64,000 bases of DNA from Vulcanimicrobiota bacterium (GTDB lineage: Bacteria > Vulcanimicrobiota > Vulcanimicrobiia > Vulcanimicrobiales > Vulcanimicrobiaceae). Where the stretch lies: assembly GCA_963767635.1 (NCBI GenBank), contig CAVYEM010000001.1, forward strand, positions 81,818 to 145,817, written 5' to 3'. A program made the translations under genes and the position numbers. Shown here piece after piece: positions 53,919 to 62,631 of this stretch; position 1 is the stretch's first letter; every line of letters begins with the position of its first letter. The notes under the pieces are model-generated. The model ran no database searches and was not told where the DNA came from. It saw only the letters and a program-made list of their open reading frames with translations.

Positions 53919-54304
53919 GACGGCGCCGCTGGCGCAGTTTGCGCTTTTTGCGGCGTTCAACGCAGCATCGTGCGCGGGAGTCCATCCGGCGTTTGCGCTC
54001 GCGCCGGTCGTTTCGGCGCGCATCTCGCGGCGAAGCGGAAACGAATACCACGCCTTTGCAACGCTGCGTTTTCGCGTCGTGCCGCGAACCACCGCAACGC
54101 TCCCCGCGAACGATCGATCGTTGCTGGAACACGCGCGCGGCCACCGGAGCATCGCCGAACGTGTCGCGCGCGCTTCGGCGGGACGCGTCGAGGCGATTGG
54201 AGCAACGCAACCGCAAACCGCTGCGCGGCTCAAGCAGGGCATCGCGCGTCTTGCGCACGATGCGCAGACGGAGCTGGATCGCGAAGAGCGCGTGTACGAC
54301 TCCG

Positions 54305-55581
54305 TCACAGAGGACGGAGCGGCCCAAAGTCAGGGACCGGTCTACGGGTTTCCCGGCGGAAAAGACGCGCAATCCGCGTGTACGACGCCGCGATCGTGAG
54401 CGCGATCGGTGCTCCGAACATCAGCGCCACGATCGCTGCGCTCGCGCCCGGCGGCATATAGGAAACGGCATCGCCGTAATAGCGGAAGATGCTGAGCAGG
54501 CAGGCCGATATCAGCGCCCATTTCATGCGGGCGTCGGTTGGGGCAAATGCGAGCGGAAGCATCCAAACCGTGTACCATGGGTACGGATTGGGCAGCGCGA
54601 TCCACGCGGCGAATGCAATGTATGCCGCGCCGCCGGCGCGCCGCGTGAACAAGTCGCGCGTCCCCACGGCGATGAGAAAAAGGACGAACAGCGCGACGAT
54701 CGCCGTCGAGATCGGCGACGCCGATGCGGACACGGACTGCAACGAAAATTGCGGCAAATAGCGGCCGCCCGGCGCCAAATGCGCGCGCACGCCGTGCAGC
54801 AGCGGCGTCGCGATGCCGACGACGAGCGCAACTCCGGCAAGCGCGCCGATCGCAGCGTGTAGGCGCTGCTGTCGCTCGCTCCACGTATGCACGACGAATC
54901 CCGCGGCGACGGCAATAGCCGGCGCTTTGAGCAGTGCGCACAGACTCATCGCGAGCGCGCCGGAAAAGGCGCGCCGCGCGCGGCCAGAACGAACGCGCCC
55001 AGCAAACATGCAACGACGAGCGCATCGTTGTGCCCTTCGGCGCTGACCCATATTGCAACCGGGTTGAGCGCGATGCCGGCGGCAGCCGTTAGGCGCTGCT
55101 CGCGCGAAAGCGGATAAAAGGCGGCATACGCCAGCGGCGCGCATGCCACGAGCGATGCGCACGCGACGGCGCGAAACCCCCAAAGTGGAGCGCCGGTGCC
55201 GAGCGGAAGAAATGTCGCAACGATCGCTTTAGCAAGCCAAACGAAGGCCGGACCGTACACGCATATCGGCGGCGGATTGCCCCACTGCCAGAGCACCGCG
55301 TCCATGAGCGGACCGCGCGCCGCAATCGCCGAGTGCGCGTACGGATCGATGCCGACGAGCGCCATGTCGCCGTATCCGGCGTATGCGTAAACATCACTGG
55401 AGAATATAACGGGAAAGGCAAGCGCGCATGCGCATGCGAGCGCGCTCGCGAGCATGGTCGCGGGAAGACGGTTGGGAATCGACGCTCGCAACACGGCGAC
55501 ATAACCCACGGTCGCAACGGCAACGGCTGCGGCGAGCAGCAGCCACAGCAGCGCGCCGAAATGCTGCCAATAGGTCACCAC
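54305..55581 (-). CDS. Polytopic DUF2029/GT87-like glycosyltransferase, with a frameshift near 54968.
   Basis: The N-terminal half (FSSDVYAYAGYG, NPPPICVYGP) is ORF 54946-55581 and the C-terminal half is ORF 54305-55183. There are many transmembrane segments. Confidence 0.6.
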
Positions 55582-55692
55582 GGGCAGCGGCTGCCGCAGA
55601 TCGATGTCGACGGCGCGGGGCGCATGCTGCAGCGCGACTGTGCAGGCTGCTGCGCCGAATGCGAAAGCTGAGCGGAACGATCGCCGCGGGTA

Positions 55693-56967
55693 TTAGGCGC
55701 ATGCGGGGCGGCTGACGCGAGTGAATGCTCCGAGCTCTGCGGCGCCCAACGCCAGGGCGATCCACCATTCTCCGCCGACTTTGGGATAAAACGTCAAGAA
55801 ATCGACGACTTGATGCAGTGCGAGCGCGATGCCGGCTGCGAGCGCGGCGAGCACGAACGGCGATTGCCGCGCTTCGCGCACGAACGTTGCGATCGAAACG
55901 TAGACCAGCCAAAGCGTTGCCGCGAACAACGGCAGTCCGCCTTCGACTAACGACTGAAGATACAAACTATTCGCGTGCGTGCGCACGCCGCGCAATCCGG
56001 TCAGCGGAATCTCGCGTTCGAAATTGCCGGCGCCCACGCCGAATACGGGATGCGCGCGCCAGAGCGTCCAGGCAGCTCGCCACAATTCCGGACGCGTCCC
56101 CACTCCGCCGGCGTAGTCCGACTGCCGGAAGTCCCAGAATCGTTCCAGGCCGATGGTATTTGCGACGATGCCCCAAGAAACCGCGACGCCTAAACCGGTT
56201 GCCGCGCCGGCACCCATCGCCGTGAGCGCAACGCGTAAGTTTTGCCGGGCGATGAATGCAACGGTTGCGATGGCGGCGATTGCGCCGATTGCGCCGCCGC
56301 GTGAAAAGGTGAGCACTTCGGTGGTCAGCATCGCGAACAGCGCCACGTTCGCGAGCGCGGACGGCGCCGCAACGGCGAGCGCGAACGTGAGCGGAAGCGC
56401 GACGTCAAAATATCCAGCCAGCTGGTTCGGACCTTCCAGCGGTCCTGCGATGCGCGGAATCGGATGCCCGTTGAGCAGCATCGCGGACGGCGCGCCGATA
56501 ATCTCTTGCGCCAAAGCAAGAACGGCGACGGCGATTGCGGTCGCAAAGATTGCCGTCCGTACCGGCGCCTCGTCGCGGTCTAGACGGAACGCAGCGACGA
56601 CCACGCAAAAAAGAACCAGATACTCCAGCATTTTCAGCGTTTCGCGCAGCACCGCGCCGTGATAGGCGGCGTGCGCAAGCGATCCGAGCGTTGCAGCCAA
56701 GACCAGCACGCCGGCGACCAGTATCCCTCGCGCGGCGCGTTCGCGCAGCGGTAAGAACGCGTTGCGATATGCCGCCACGCCGAGCAGCGCGCCGAGCAAC
56801 GCAACTTTCGGAAGCGTGATCGTCGTGGCGCTTACGCCTTGATAGAACGCGAAGGGCTGGACGATGATCAGCGTGCAGACGGCGTAGATCGGCCTGCGCA
56901 TCGTCATCAGAGCCACGGCGATCAAAAAGGCGACGTAGACGATCGCGGCGAGCGGGTCGAGGATCAC
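55693..56967 (-). CDS. O-antigen ligase / polymerase-like (Wzy_C) membrane protein.
   Basis: At least 10 transmembrane segments and a periplasmic loop with RTHANSLYLQSLVEGGLPLF (Wzy_C motif). Confidence 0.8.
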   Translation of the reverse strand: MILDPLAAIVYVAFLIAVALMTMRRPIYAVCTLIIVQPFAFYQGVSATTITLPKVALLGALLGVAAYRNAFLPLRERAARGILVAGVLVLAATLGSLAHAAYHGAVLRETLKMLEYLVLFCVVVAAFRLDRDEAPVRTAIFATAIAVAVLALAQEIIGAPSAMLLNGHPIPRIAGPLEGPNQLAGYFDVALPLTFALAVAAPSALANVALFAMLTTEVLTFSRGGAIGAIAAIATVAFIARQNLRVALTAMGAGAATGLGVAVSWGIVANTIGLERFWDFRQSDYAGGVGTRPELWRAAWTLWRAHPVFGVGAGNFEREIPLTGLRGVRTHANSLYLQSLVEGGLPLFAATLWLVYVSIATFVREARQSPFVLAALAAGIALALHQVVDFLTFYPKVGGEWWIALALGAAELGAFTRVSRPACA

Positions 56968-57008
56968 GCGGCGGGCTTCGATGGCAAGGACGCGAAACCC
57001 ACGCCGCG

Positions 57009-58262
57009 ATGGACGAGCACGCGATGCAAGGTTGCATCAGGCGCAAGCGCGACGGCGGTGAACTGGAGGCCGAGGAATGGAACGGCATCGTGGGCGCGCT
57101 GATGGACGGGAGGATCGACGAAGCGCAGATGGCCGCGCTCTGCATGGCATGCGTGTGGCGCGGCATGTCGATCGAGGAATCCTTCGCGCTCACGCGCGCG
57201 ATGGTTCGCAGCGGGGAAACGATCGCGTTCGACCCGTCCGGAGCGACGATCGTCGACAAGCACAGCAGCGGCGGCGTGAGCGATATCGTCTCGCTTTCAG
57301 CCGTCCCGCTCGCAGCCGCCTGCGGTGCGCACGTCGCCAAACTGTCGGGGCGCGCATTGGGTCATACCGGTGGGACGATCGACAAGCTCGAAAGCATCCC
57401 CGGCTTTGACGTGGAGCTGACGCCGCGCGCGTTCGTGGAACAAGTGCGTCGCGTCGGCTGCGCGATCGCCGCGCAAAGCCGAACGCTCGTCCCGGCCGAC
57501 AAGCGGATCTACGCGCTGCGCGATCGCACCGGCACGGTGCCCTGCGTCGGTCTCATCGCCTCGTCCATCGTATCGAAAAAGATCGCGGGCGGCGCGCACG
57601 CGTTCGTGTTCGACGTAAAAACCGGCGCGGCGTCGTTCGTTCCGCATCCCGCGCAAGCGCGGGAACTCGCGCGGTCGCTCGTCGCGATTGCACAGCGATT
57701 CGAGCGGCGCGCGATCGCGTACGTCACCGACATGAGCCAGCCGCTCGGGCGCTGCATCGGTAACGGCATCGAGGCGATCGAGGCGCGCGACTTTTTGCGT
57801 GGAGACGGCGATCCGCGCGCCAACGAAGTCGTACTGGAGATTTCCGCTGCGCTGGTTGCCGAATGCGGCATCGACGAGGCGCACGCGCGCGTTGGGCGGG
57901 CGCTCGCGAGCGGCGCCGGCTACGAAAAGTTCCTGGAGATGATCGCCGCGCAGCACGGCGATCCGGCGGCGTTCGCCGCGATGCGTCCCGGCGATGCGAT
58001 CGAACTGCACGCGCCGGCATCGGGATACGTGCGCGAGATCGACGTGGTGGCGTTGGGCCGCGCTGCGCGGGAATTGTGCGAGCACGACCGCCTCGGCGGC
58101 CTGCGCGTGAACGCGCGCATCGGCGATTTCGTCGAACGAGGGCAGCCGCTGCTGCACGCGTACGGCGCCCGGCGTGAGCTCGCACGCGATCTCTGCGCGA
58201 CGTTCACGTTGAGCGAGGAGATCGTCGAAGCACCGCCGCTATTTTACGAGTTGTCACCCTGA
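57009..58262 (+). CDS. pdp: Pyrimidine-nucleoside (thymidine) phosphorylase.
   Basis: KRDGGELEAEEW...VDKHSSGGVSD...SGRALGHTGGTIDKLESIPGF...ADKRIYALRD. Confidence 0.9.
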   Translation: MDEHAMQGCIRRKRDGGELEAEEWNGIVGALMDGRIDEAQMAALCMACVWRGMSIEESFALTRAMVRSGETIAFDPSGATIVDKHSSGGVSDIVSLSAVPLAAACGAHVAKLSGRALGHTGGTIDKLESIPGFDVELTPRAFVEQVRRVGCAIAAQSRTLVPADKRIYALRDRTGTVPCVGLIASSIVSKKIAGGAHAFVFDVKTGAASFVPHPAQARELARSLVAIAQRFERRAIAYVTDMSQPLGRCIGNGIEAIEARDFLRGDGDPRANEVVLEISAALVAECGIDEAHARVGRALASGAGYEKFLEMIAAQHGDPAAFAAMRPGDAIELHAPASGYVREIDVVALGRAARELCEHDRLGGLRVNARIGDFVERGQPLLHAYGARRELARDLCATFTLSEEIVEAPPLFYELSP

Positions 58263-58367
58263 AATAAATGGGTATTCGGAATAGGCGTTGATTGATAGGT
58301 ATGCAGCTGAGTGGAAAGGGCGTGTCGACTCAGATCACCGGTTGGCCGCCTTGCTGCGTGACACGCT

Positions 58368-58649
58368 ATGATGGCTCGGAATAAGCGGTTGGTTTCTTCC
58401 GCTTCGAAGGACCCGGTGAAGAGCCTGAACGTTAGCCTGCCCGAACCGCTAGAGCAGTTCATCCAAGACAAAGTCGCAACTGGCGGCTACTCGTCGGCAA
58501 GTGACGTTGTGCGGGAGGGCTTGCCTCTGTTGCAACAGCACGACGATGAACGGCTACGGTCATTACGCGCGGCAATCCGCGAAATGGATAGTCACGCTGT
58601 GTACTGCGTCTGGAGGCGCGTATTCGGTCGGCTTCAAATAACGCAGTGA
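58368..58649 (+). CDS. parD: ParD-type (CopG/RHH) antitoxin with an aberrant C-terminus. No ParE gene follows.
   Basis: LNVSLPEPLEQFIQDKVATGGYSSASDVVREGLPLLQQHDDERLRSLRAAI matches the ParD pattern. Confidence 0.6.
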   Translation: MMARNKRLVSSASKDPVKSLNVSLPEPLEQFIQDKVATGGYSSASDVVREGLPLLQQHDDERLRSLRAAIREMDSHAVYCVWRRVFGRLQITQ

Positions 58650-58735
58650 AACGGCGACTGCGCCGGCTGTTCCTTTTTGGTGAACGGTCGATGGGCATAA
58701 TGGGCAGCTGTCCGGCAATTTGCGAGGAGGTTGCC

Positions 58736-59740
58736 ATGGCATTGTGCCCTGCTATCGTGTTTTTTTCAGCACTGAAGGAAGTGGACGATGCGTCACAGGT
58801 TGTGCCCGCTGACCTGCGCAATCAGGCGCTTCAATTGACAGCGAAACGACTTCGCGCGAGTGACGCGGACTTCAAGCCTCAACTTGCTAAAATGATGGAA
58901 GTACTCGAGGCGTGGGTTCGCGCAGGCGACTTTGATTTCGTCACGCCGGTTGCGTTACTGAAAGCATCCGCCGCTTGCGATTGGGACGCGCTTGAAGCCG
59001 GATTTCGTGCTGTGGGATTACGGCTAGACATCATCTTAAACCGCATTGAGCGAGATCCGGCCGACAATCTCGCAGACAAACTTCCGGGGCCTATTCCACG
59101 GGTAAGGGCCCCAAAGTACGCAGTTATCATCGAAGGTCCAGGTTTTAGAGACACACGTAACCGTTACTCTTCGATAGCTAGGGCCAAATACGTCGCAGAA
59201 CTTCTCGACTGCACGATCAAAGGCGCAACTCACAAAGGCCCTTCTCAGTCGGTTTCCTATTCGCGACCACCGGAGCTCGAAAGAGCAACAAGGATTTATG
59301 TGGAGAAGTTGCAAAACCGCAGTGAAACGCTGTCGTTAGCGCTGCGGCGCAATATGCTACCACGGCTTCTGCGTTTAATAAACTGGGGGCGATATCTGCC
59401 GCCGGAACCTTTAGTATGTCCAAATTTGCGGCCAGAGATTCGTTCTGGCGGATTCTGCGCCGAGTCCTCGAGCGCGTTGGTACTGGAGCCGGCCCAATTG
59501 GTTCCCGTTGCAGCGCGCCAACCGAACTACACTCCGCGGCGGTGTGGAAATGCAGCCGATATCTGGCGCCGGAACCCGCAGTTTATTCAAAATTTGGGAG
59601 CACGGATTCGCTCTAACCGTGCCCTGCGCCCGCTCCTCAGAAATCGCGAAGGGCGCGGGGCCCGCGGCCTTCGGCTCCCAAATTTAGATTTTTGGCGCGT
59701 GGCCCTTCAGGGCCATTGCTTACTTAGCCATTTTTTGTGA
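58736..59740 (+). CDS. Hypothetical protein in a low-GC islet. The last ~110 codons are probably non-coding.
   Basis: This is the long ORF 58646-59740. I recognise no family. The 3' third contains DNA-level direct repeats that are out of frame with each other. Confidence 0.3.
   Translation: MALCPAIVFFSALKEVDDASQVVPADLRNQALQLTAKRLRASDADFKPQLAKMMEVLEAWVRAGDFDFVTPVALLKASAACDWDALEAGFRAVGLRLDIILNRIERDPADNLADKLPGPIPRVRAPKYAVIIEGPGFRDTRNRYSSIARAKYVAELLDCTIKGATHKGPSQSVSYSRPPELERATRIYVEKLQNRSETLSLALRRNMLPRLLRLINWGRYLPPEPLVCPNLRPEIRSGGFCAESSSALVLEPAQLVPVAARQPNYTPRRCGNAADIWRRNPQFIQNLGARIRSNRALRPLLRNREGRGARGLRLPNLDFWRVALQGHCLLSHFL
59390..59442 (+). repeat. Direct repeat copy A (~53 bp) containing the palindrome CAAATTTG.
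   Basis: cgatatctgccgccggaacc...ccaaatttgcgg...gattcg. About three quarters of positions are identical to copy B, by eye. Confidence 0.7.
59557..59610 (+). repeat. Direct repeat copy B.
   Basis: cgatatctggcgccggaacc...tcaaaatttggg...gattcg. It starts 167 nt after copy A, so the two copies are in different reading frames. Confidence 0.7.
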
Positions 59741-60745
59741 CCCCTGATCTTTCGACAACTCAGGACTTTGGTTCATCGAAGGGTCGCTGCGTTCCACGTC
59801 CGCAATCAAATACAGCGGGCGCCCTTTGACCTCGTCGTAAATGCGCCCCAAGTACTCTCCCAGAATACCGATGCCGATCAGCTGCACGCCGCCCAAAAAC
59901 AGGATCACGACCATCGTGGAAGCCCAGCCGCGTGCGTATTCGGGCGTTCCGAGATGAAACGCGCGGAAAATGATGATCACAAGCGCATAGATGAAGGCCG
60001 CGGCGCTGACGGTGAAGCCTAGGTACGATGCGAAGCGCAGCGGCACGTCGGAAAACGACGTAATGCCGTCGATCGCGAACTTGAGCATTTTGCGCAGCGG
60101 GTACTTCGTGGTTCCCGAGAAGCGCTCTTCGCGGTCGTACTCGATGCCGATCTGCTCGTAACCGGCCCAGCTCACCAGCCCGCGCAAAAAACGGTGACGT
60201 TCGCGCGAACGTTTGAGCGCTTCGACCACCCGGCGGCTCATCAAGCGAAAGTCGCCCGTGTCGACCGGGATCGACACATTCGTCAGGCGCTTTATCGTGC
60301 GATAGAAGATGCGCGCCGTCAGCAGCTTGAACGCGCTCTCGCCTTTGCGCGTTCGGCGCACCGCGTACACGACGTCGTGTCCTTCTCTCCAGCTCTCCAC
60401 GAAGCGCGCGATCAGTTCGGGCGGATCCTGCAGATCGCCGTCCATCAGTATGACGGCGTCTCCGCGTGCCACGTCCAGCCCAGCCGTCGCCGCCAGCTGG
60501 TGCCCGAAATTGCGCGACAGGTTCACCAGCACGATGTTCGGCCGAACGCGCATTTGGTCGCGTATGCGCGAGAGCGTGGCATCGCGGCTACCGTCGTTGA
60601 CGAGCACGATCTCGTAGCTCGGCCGGCCGGGCAATTGCTCGACGATAGCGGCGATCCGCTCGACGAGCGCTGCCACATTGCCCTCCTCGTTAAATAAAGG
60701 GACGACGACGCTGAGCGTAGGCGCGCCGGATGCGGGAGCGTCCAT
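59720..60745 (-). CDS. GT2-family polyprenyl-phosphate glycosyltransferase (ArnC/GtrB/DPM1-like).
   Basis: LSVVVPLFNEEGN...LVNDGSRD...LMDGDLQDPP (DxD motif) and two C-terminal transmembrane helices. The start is set at MDAPASG (60745). Confidence 0.85.
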   Translation of the reverse strand: MDAPASGAPTLSVVVPLFNEEGNVAALVERIAAIVEQLPGRPSYEIVLVNDGSRDATLSRIRDQMRVRPNIVLVNLSRNFGHQLAATAGLDVARGDAVILMDGDLQDPPELIARFVESWREGHDVVYAVRRTRKGESAFKLLTARIFYRTIKRLTNVSIPVDTGDFRLMSRRVVEALKRSRERHRFLRGLVSWAGYEQIGIEYDREERFSGTTKYPLRKMLKFAIDGITSFSDVPLRFASYLGFTVSAAAFIYALVIIIFRAFHLGTPEYARGWASTMVVILFLGGVQLIGIGILGEYLGRIYDEVKGRPLYLIADVERSDPSMNQSPELSKDQGSQKMAK

Positions 60746-60822
60746 GTGCCGCCCCGTTCGCCGTGCGTGCAATCTTTTCGTGCAGGGAACGGCGTTGCTT
60801 GCGCCGACCGTTGAGGCACAGA

Positions 60823-61401
60823 ATGGGGTCGGGCCGCAGTATCGCGCTTTTTTTCGCCGCACTGATCGTTGCGTGCGGCGTCGTGGCTTTGGAGTGGTAC
60901 GGCCACGTGGGCCAGAGGGGAACGAAGGCGACCGTGCCCCTACAAGCCGCCACGCCTGCACCGACCGCGCATACTTCAATTTTGCTGCCTTCTCAGCCGC
61001 CGGTAGTCTACGTTCCGGCGCAACCCTCAGCCTCGGAGCAGGCTTCCCCGGAGGCGTCCCTTGCGCCGACGCTCGCGCCGAGGGCCAGCCTTCCTCCCGT
61101 CGTCCGCGAGTCGCCCGCGGCGCCGCCGCGCATTCTTGCCATGTCGTTGAGCGCCCCCGTGGTGCATGGCGGCGAGGTGGTTTCCGGCATGGTCGAAACG
61201 TCTTCCAACGTCGCCAGCGTAGAGGCGCGCATCGGCGGGTACGCCGCTTCCATGCGCAAGGTCGGCGTCGGACGGTTCGCACTTTCGTATCGCGTGCCGC
61301 CGGTGCCGTTCTTTTTGCGCCGCACGTACATGGTCCGCATCATCGCGCGCAGCGCCGGCGGCCAGGCGGCAACGTCGGCCGTACCGATCACGATTCGGTA
61401 G
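60823..61401 (+). CDS. Membrane-anchored Pro/Ala-rich protein with a conserved ~90-aa C-terminal domain (paralog A).
   Basis: N-terminal transmembrane helix SIALFFAALIVACGVVAL, a Pro-rich linker, then PPRILAMSLSAPVVHGGEVVSGMVETSSNVASVEA...VPPVPFFLRRTY. The domain aligns with the next gene. Confidence 0.5.
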   Translation: MGSGRSIALFFAALIVACGVVALEWYGHVGQRGTKATVPLQAATPAPTAHTSILLPSQPPVVYVPAQPSASEQASPEASLAPTLAPRASLPPVVRESPAAPPRILAMSLSAPVVHGGEVVSGMVETSSNVASVEARIGGYAASMRKVGVGRFALSYRVPPVPFFLRRTYMVRIIARSAGGQAATSAVPITIR

Positions 61402-61408
61402 CCTCACA

Positions 61409-61849
61409 ATGCTGAATCTGCTCCTGGCGATGGCGCTGGCCTGCGCCACTCCCTCTCCGACGCCCGTTATGACGGCGACACCGCAGCCGTCCGCAACGCC
61501 GTTGCCTACAGCAACACCGCAGCCCACGGCAACGCCGCTGCCCACGCCTCTGTTGTTACCGCCGGAGGCGCCGCCGCAGATTCTGGCGGTGCAATTGAGC
61601 GATCCGGTGTTTCACAGCGGCGAAAAAGTTTCGGGCACGATCGTTACTTCGACGAACGTCACCAGCGTGGAGATTCACCTAGCCGGCCACGTCGCGCACG
61701 TTCCCCGCTCGGAAGCGGGCGTGTGGCAATGGACGTATCAGCTGCCGCGCATCCCGTTCTTCTTGTGGGGCCGTTACACCGCGGGCGTCGTGGCGCTAAA
61801 CGCCTGGGGCGCGAGCGCCGAGCGGGACGTGCAGATTTCCGTTCGGTAG
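61409..61849 (+). CDS. Lipoprotein with a Pro/Thr-rich linker and the same C-terminal domain (paralog B).
   Basis: Lipobox LAMALAC, the repeat TPQPSATPLPTATPQPTATPLPTP, then PPQILAVQLSDPVFHSGEKVSGTIVTSTNVTSVEI...LPRIPFFLWGRY. Confidence 0.55.
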   Translation: MLNLLLAMALACATPSPTPVMTATPQPSATPLPTATPQPTATPLPTPLLLPPEAPPQILAVQLSDPVFHSGEKVSGTIVTSTNVTSVEIHLAGHVAHVPRSEAGVWQWTYQLPRIPFFLWGRYTAGVVALNAWGASAERDVQISVR

Positions 61850-62631
61850 CGGCGAGGGACGCGGCGGCGGCGGGCTGGGGAGATTGGGAAACGGTGCGGG
61901 GTTGAACGGCGTCGGGAAGCGACTGCGGAATCTGGCTGTTCGGCCCGCTTTGTTCGTCCGCCCACCGGTAGACGACGCTGCGAAACGCCTGCGCGTCCTC
62001 ATCGCCGATGCACAGCAGATACGGTTGCTGCTCGATGCCGTTTTCGCCCACTTGAATCGATTGCGTCGAGCCGCGATCGAACAGCACGTGCATGACCGTG
62101 CCCGAATAAAATTTGAGCACGGTGCGATAGTGCAGCGCATCGACGCGGTCCAGGCGATACGCCTGGGCGTTCCAGCCGCTTTGGTCGCTGGTCATGTAGA
62201 TCGTATCCGTGAGCGCGGTCGCCGGCGGCACTTGAACGTTGATCGTGACGGCTACCAATTTTCCGGTGCGCGTGCGCGAGCAGCGGTTCGAGATCGGTAG
62301 GTGGCGCCAAATCCGGATTGGGAGCCGGCGTGGAAAGCGTGATTGCAAAGTGCCGAACTGCGTCGAGGTCGCCTTCCGGCGGCAGTTTTGAACGCGAAAC
62401 TTCGATGCGCGTGATCGTGCCGGTGGGATCGAACGTTATGCGGGCGTAGCGGCGGGCTTGCGGCGCACCGCCGACGATCGCAGCGTCCGGCGCAACGCGA
62501 AAACCGTCACCGGTCGTGAGGAATAAATAGCCTTTTTCGTAGTCTAAAATCTGTGCCGTCAGCGTGGTCCCGCCCGCTGCCGCTCCGGCAAGCAGCACGG
62601 CGGCCAGAACCGCCGCGAGCAGACGCTTCAC
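61659..62631 (-). CDS. Secreted protein with a beta-sandwich-like domain. There is a frameshift near 62260-62300 and the 3' end is uncertain.
   Basis: The signal peptide MKRLLAAVLAAVLLAGAAAG is in ORF 61999-62631. The continuation KLVAVTINVQVPPATALTDTIYMTSDQSGWNAQAYRLDRVDALHYRTVLKF is in ORF 61659-62348. No frame stops before overlapping the convergent gene. Confidence 0.4.

Noticed and set aside
53917-54399. Several overlapping ORFs (53917-54399 on the plus strand, 53939-54862 on the plus strand, 53841-54308 and 53614-54372 on the minus strand) in the ~390-nt gap after the hsp20 terminator.
   Set aside because: None shows a recognisable family, an SD or a convincing composition, and they mutually overlap. 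I cannot decide whether any is coding, so the gap is left unannotated.
58650-58735. A ParE toxin expected downstream of the ParD-like gene.
   Set aside because: Translation in all three frames shows no ParE/RelE-like sequence, so the antitoxin is treated as an orphan.
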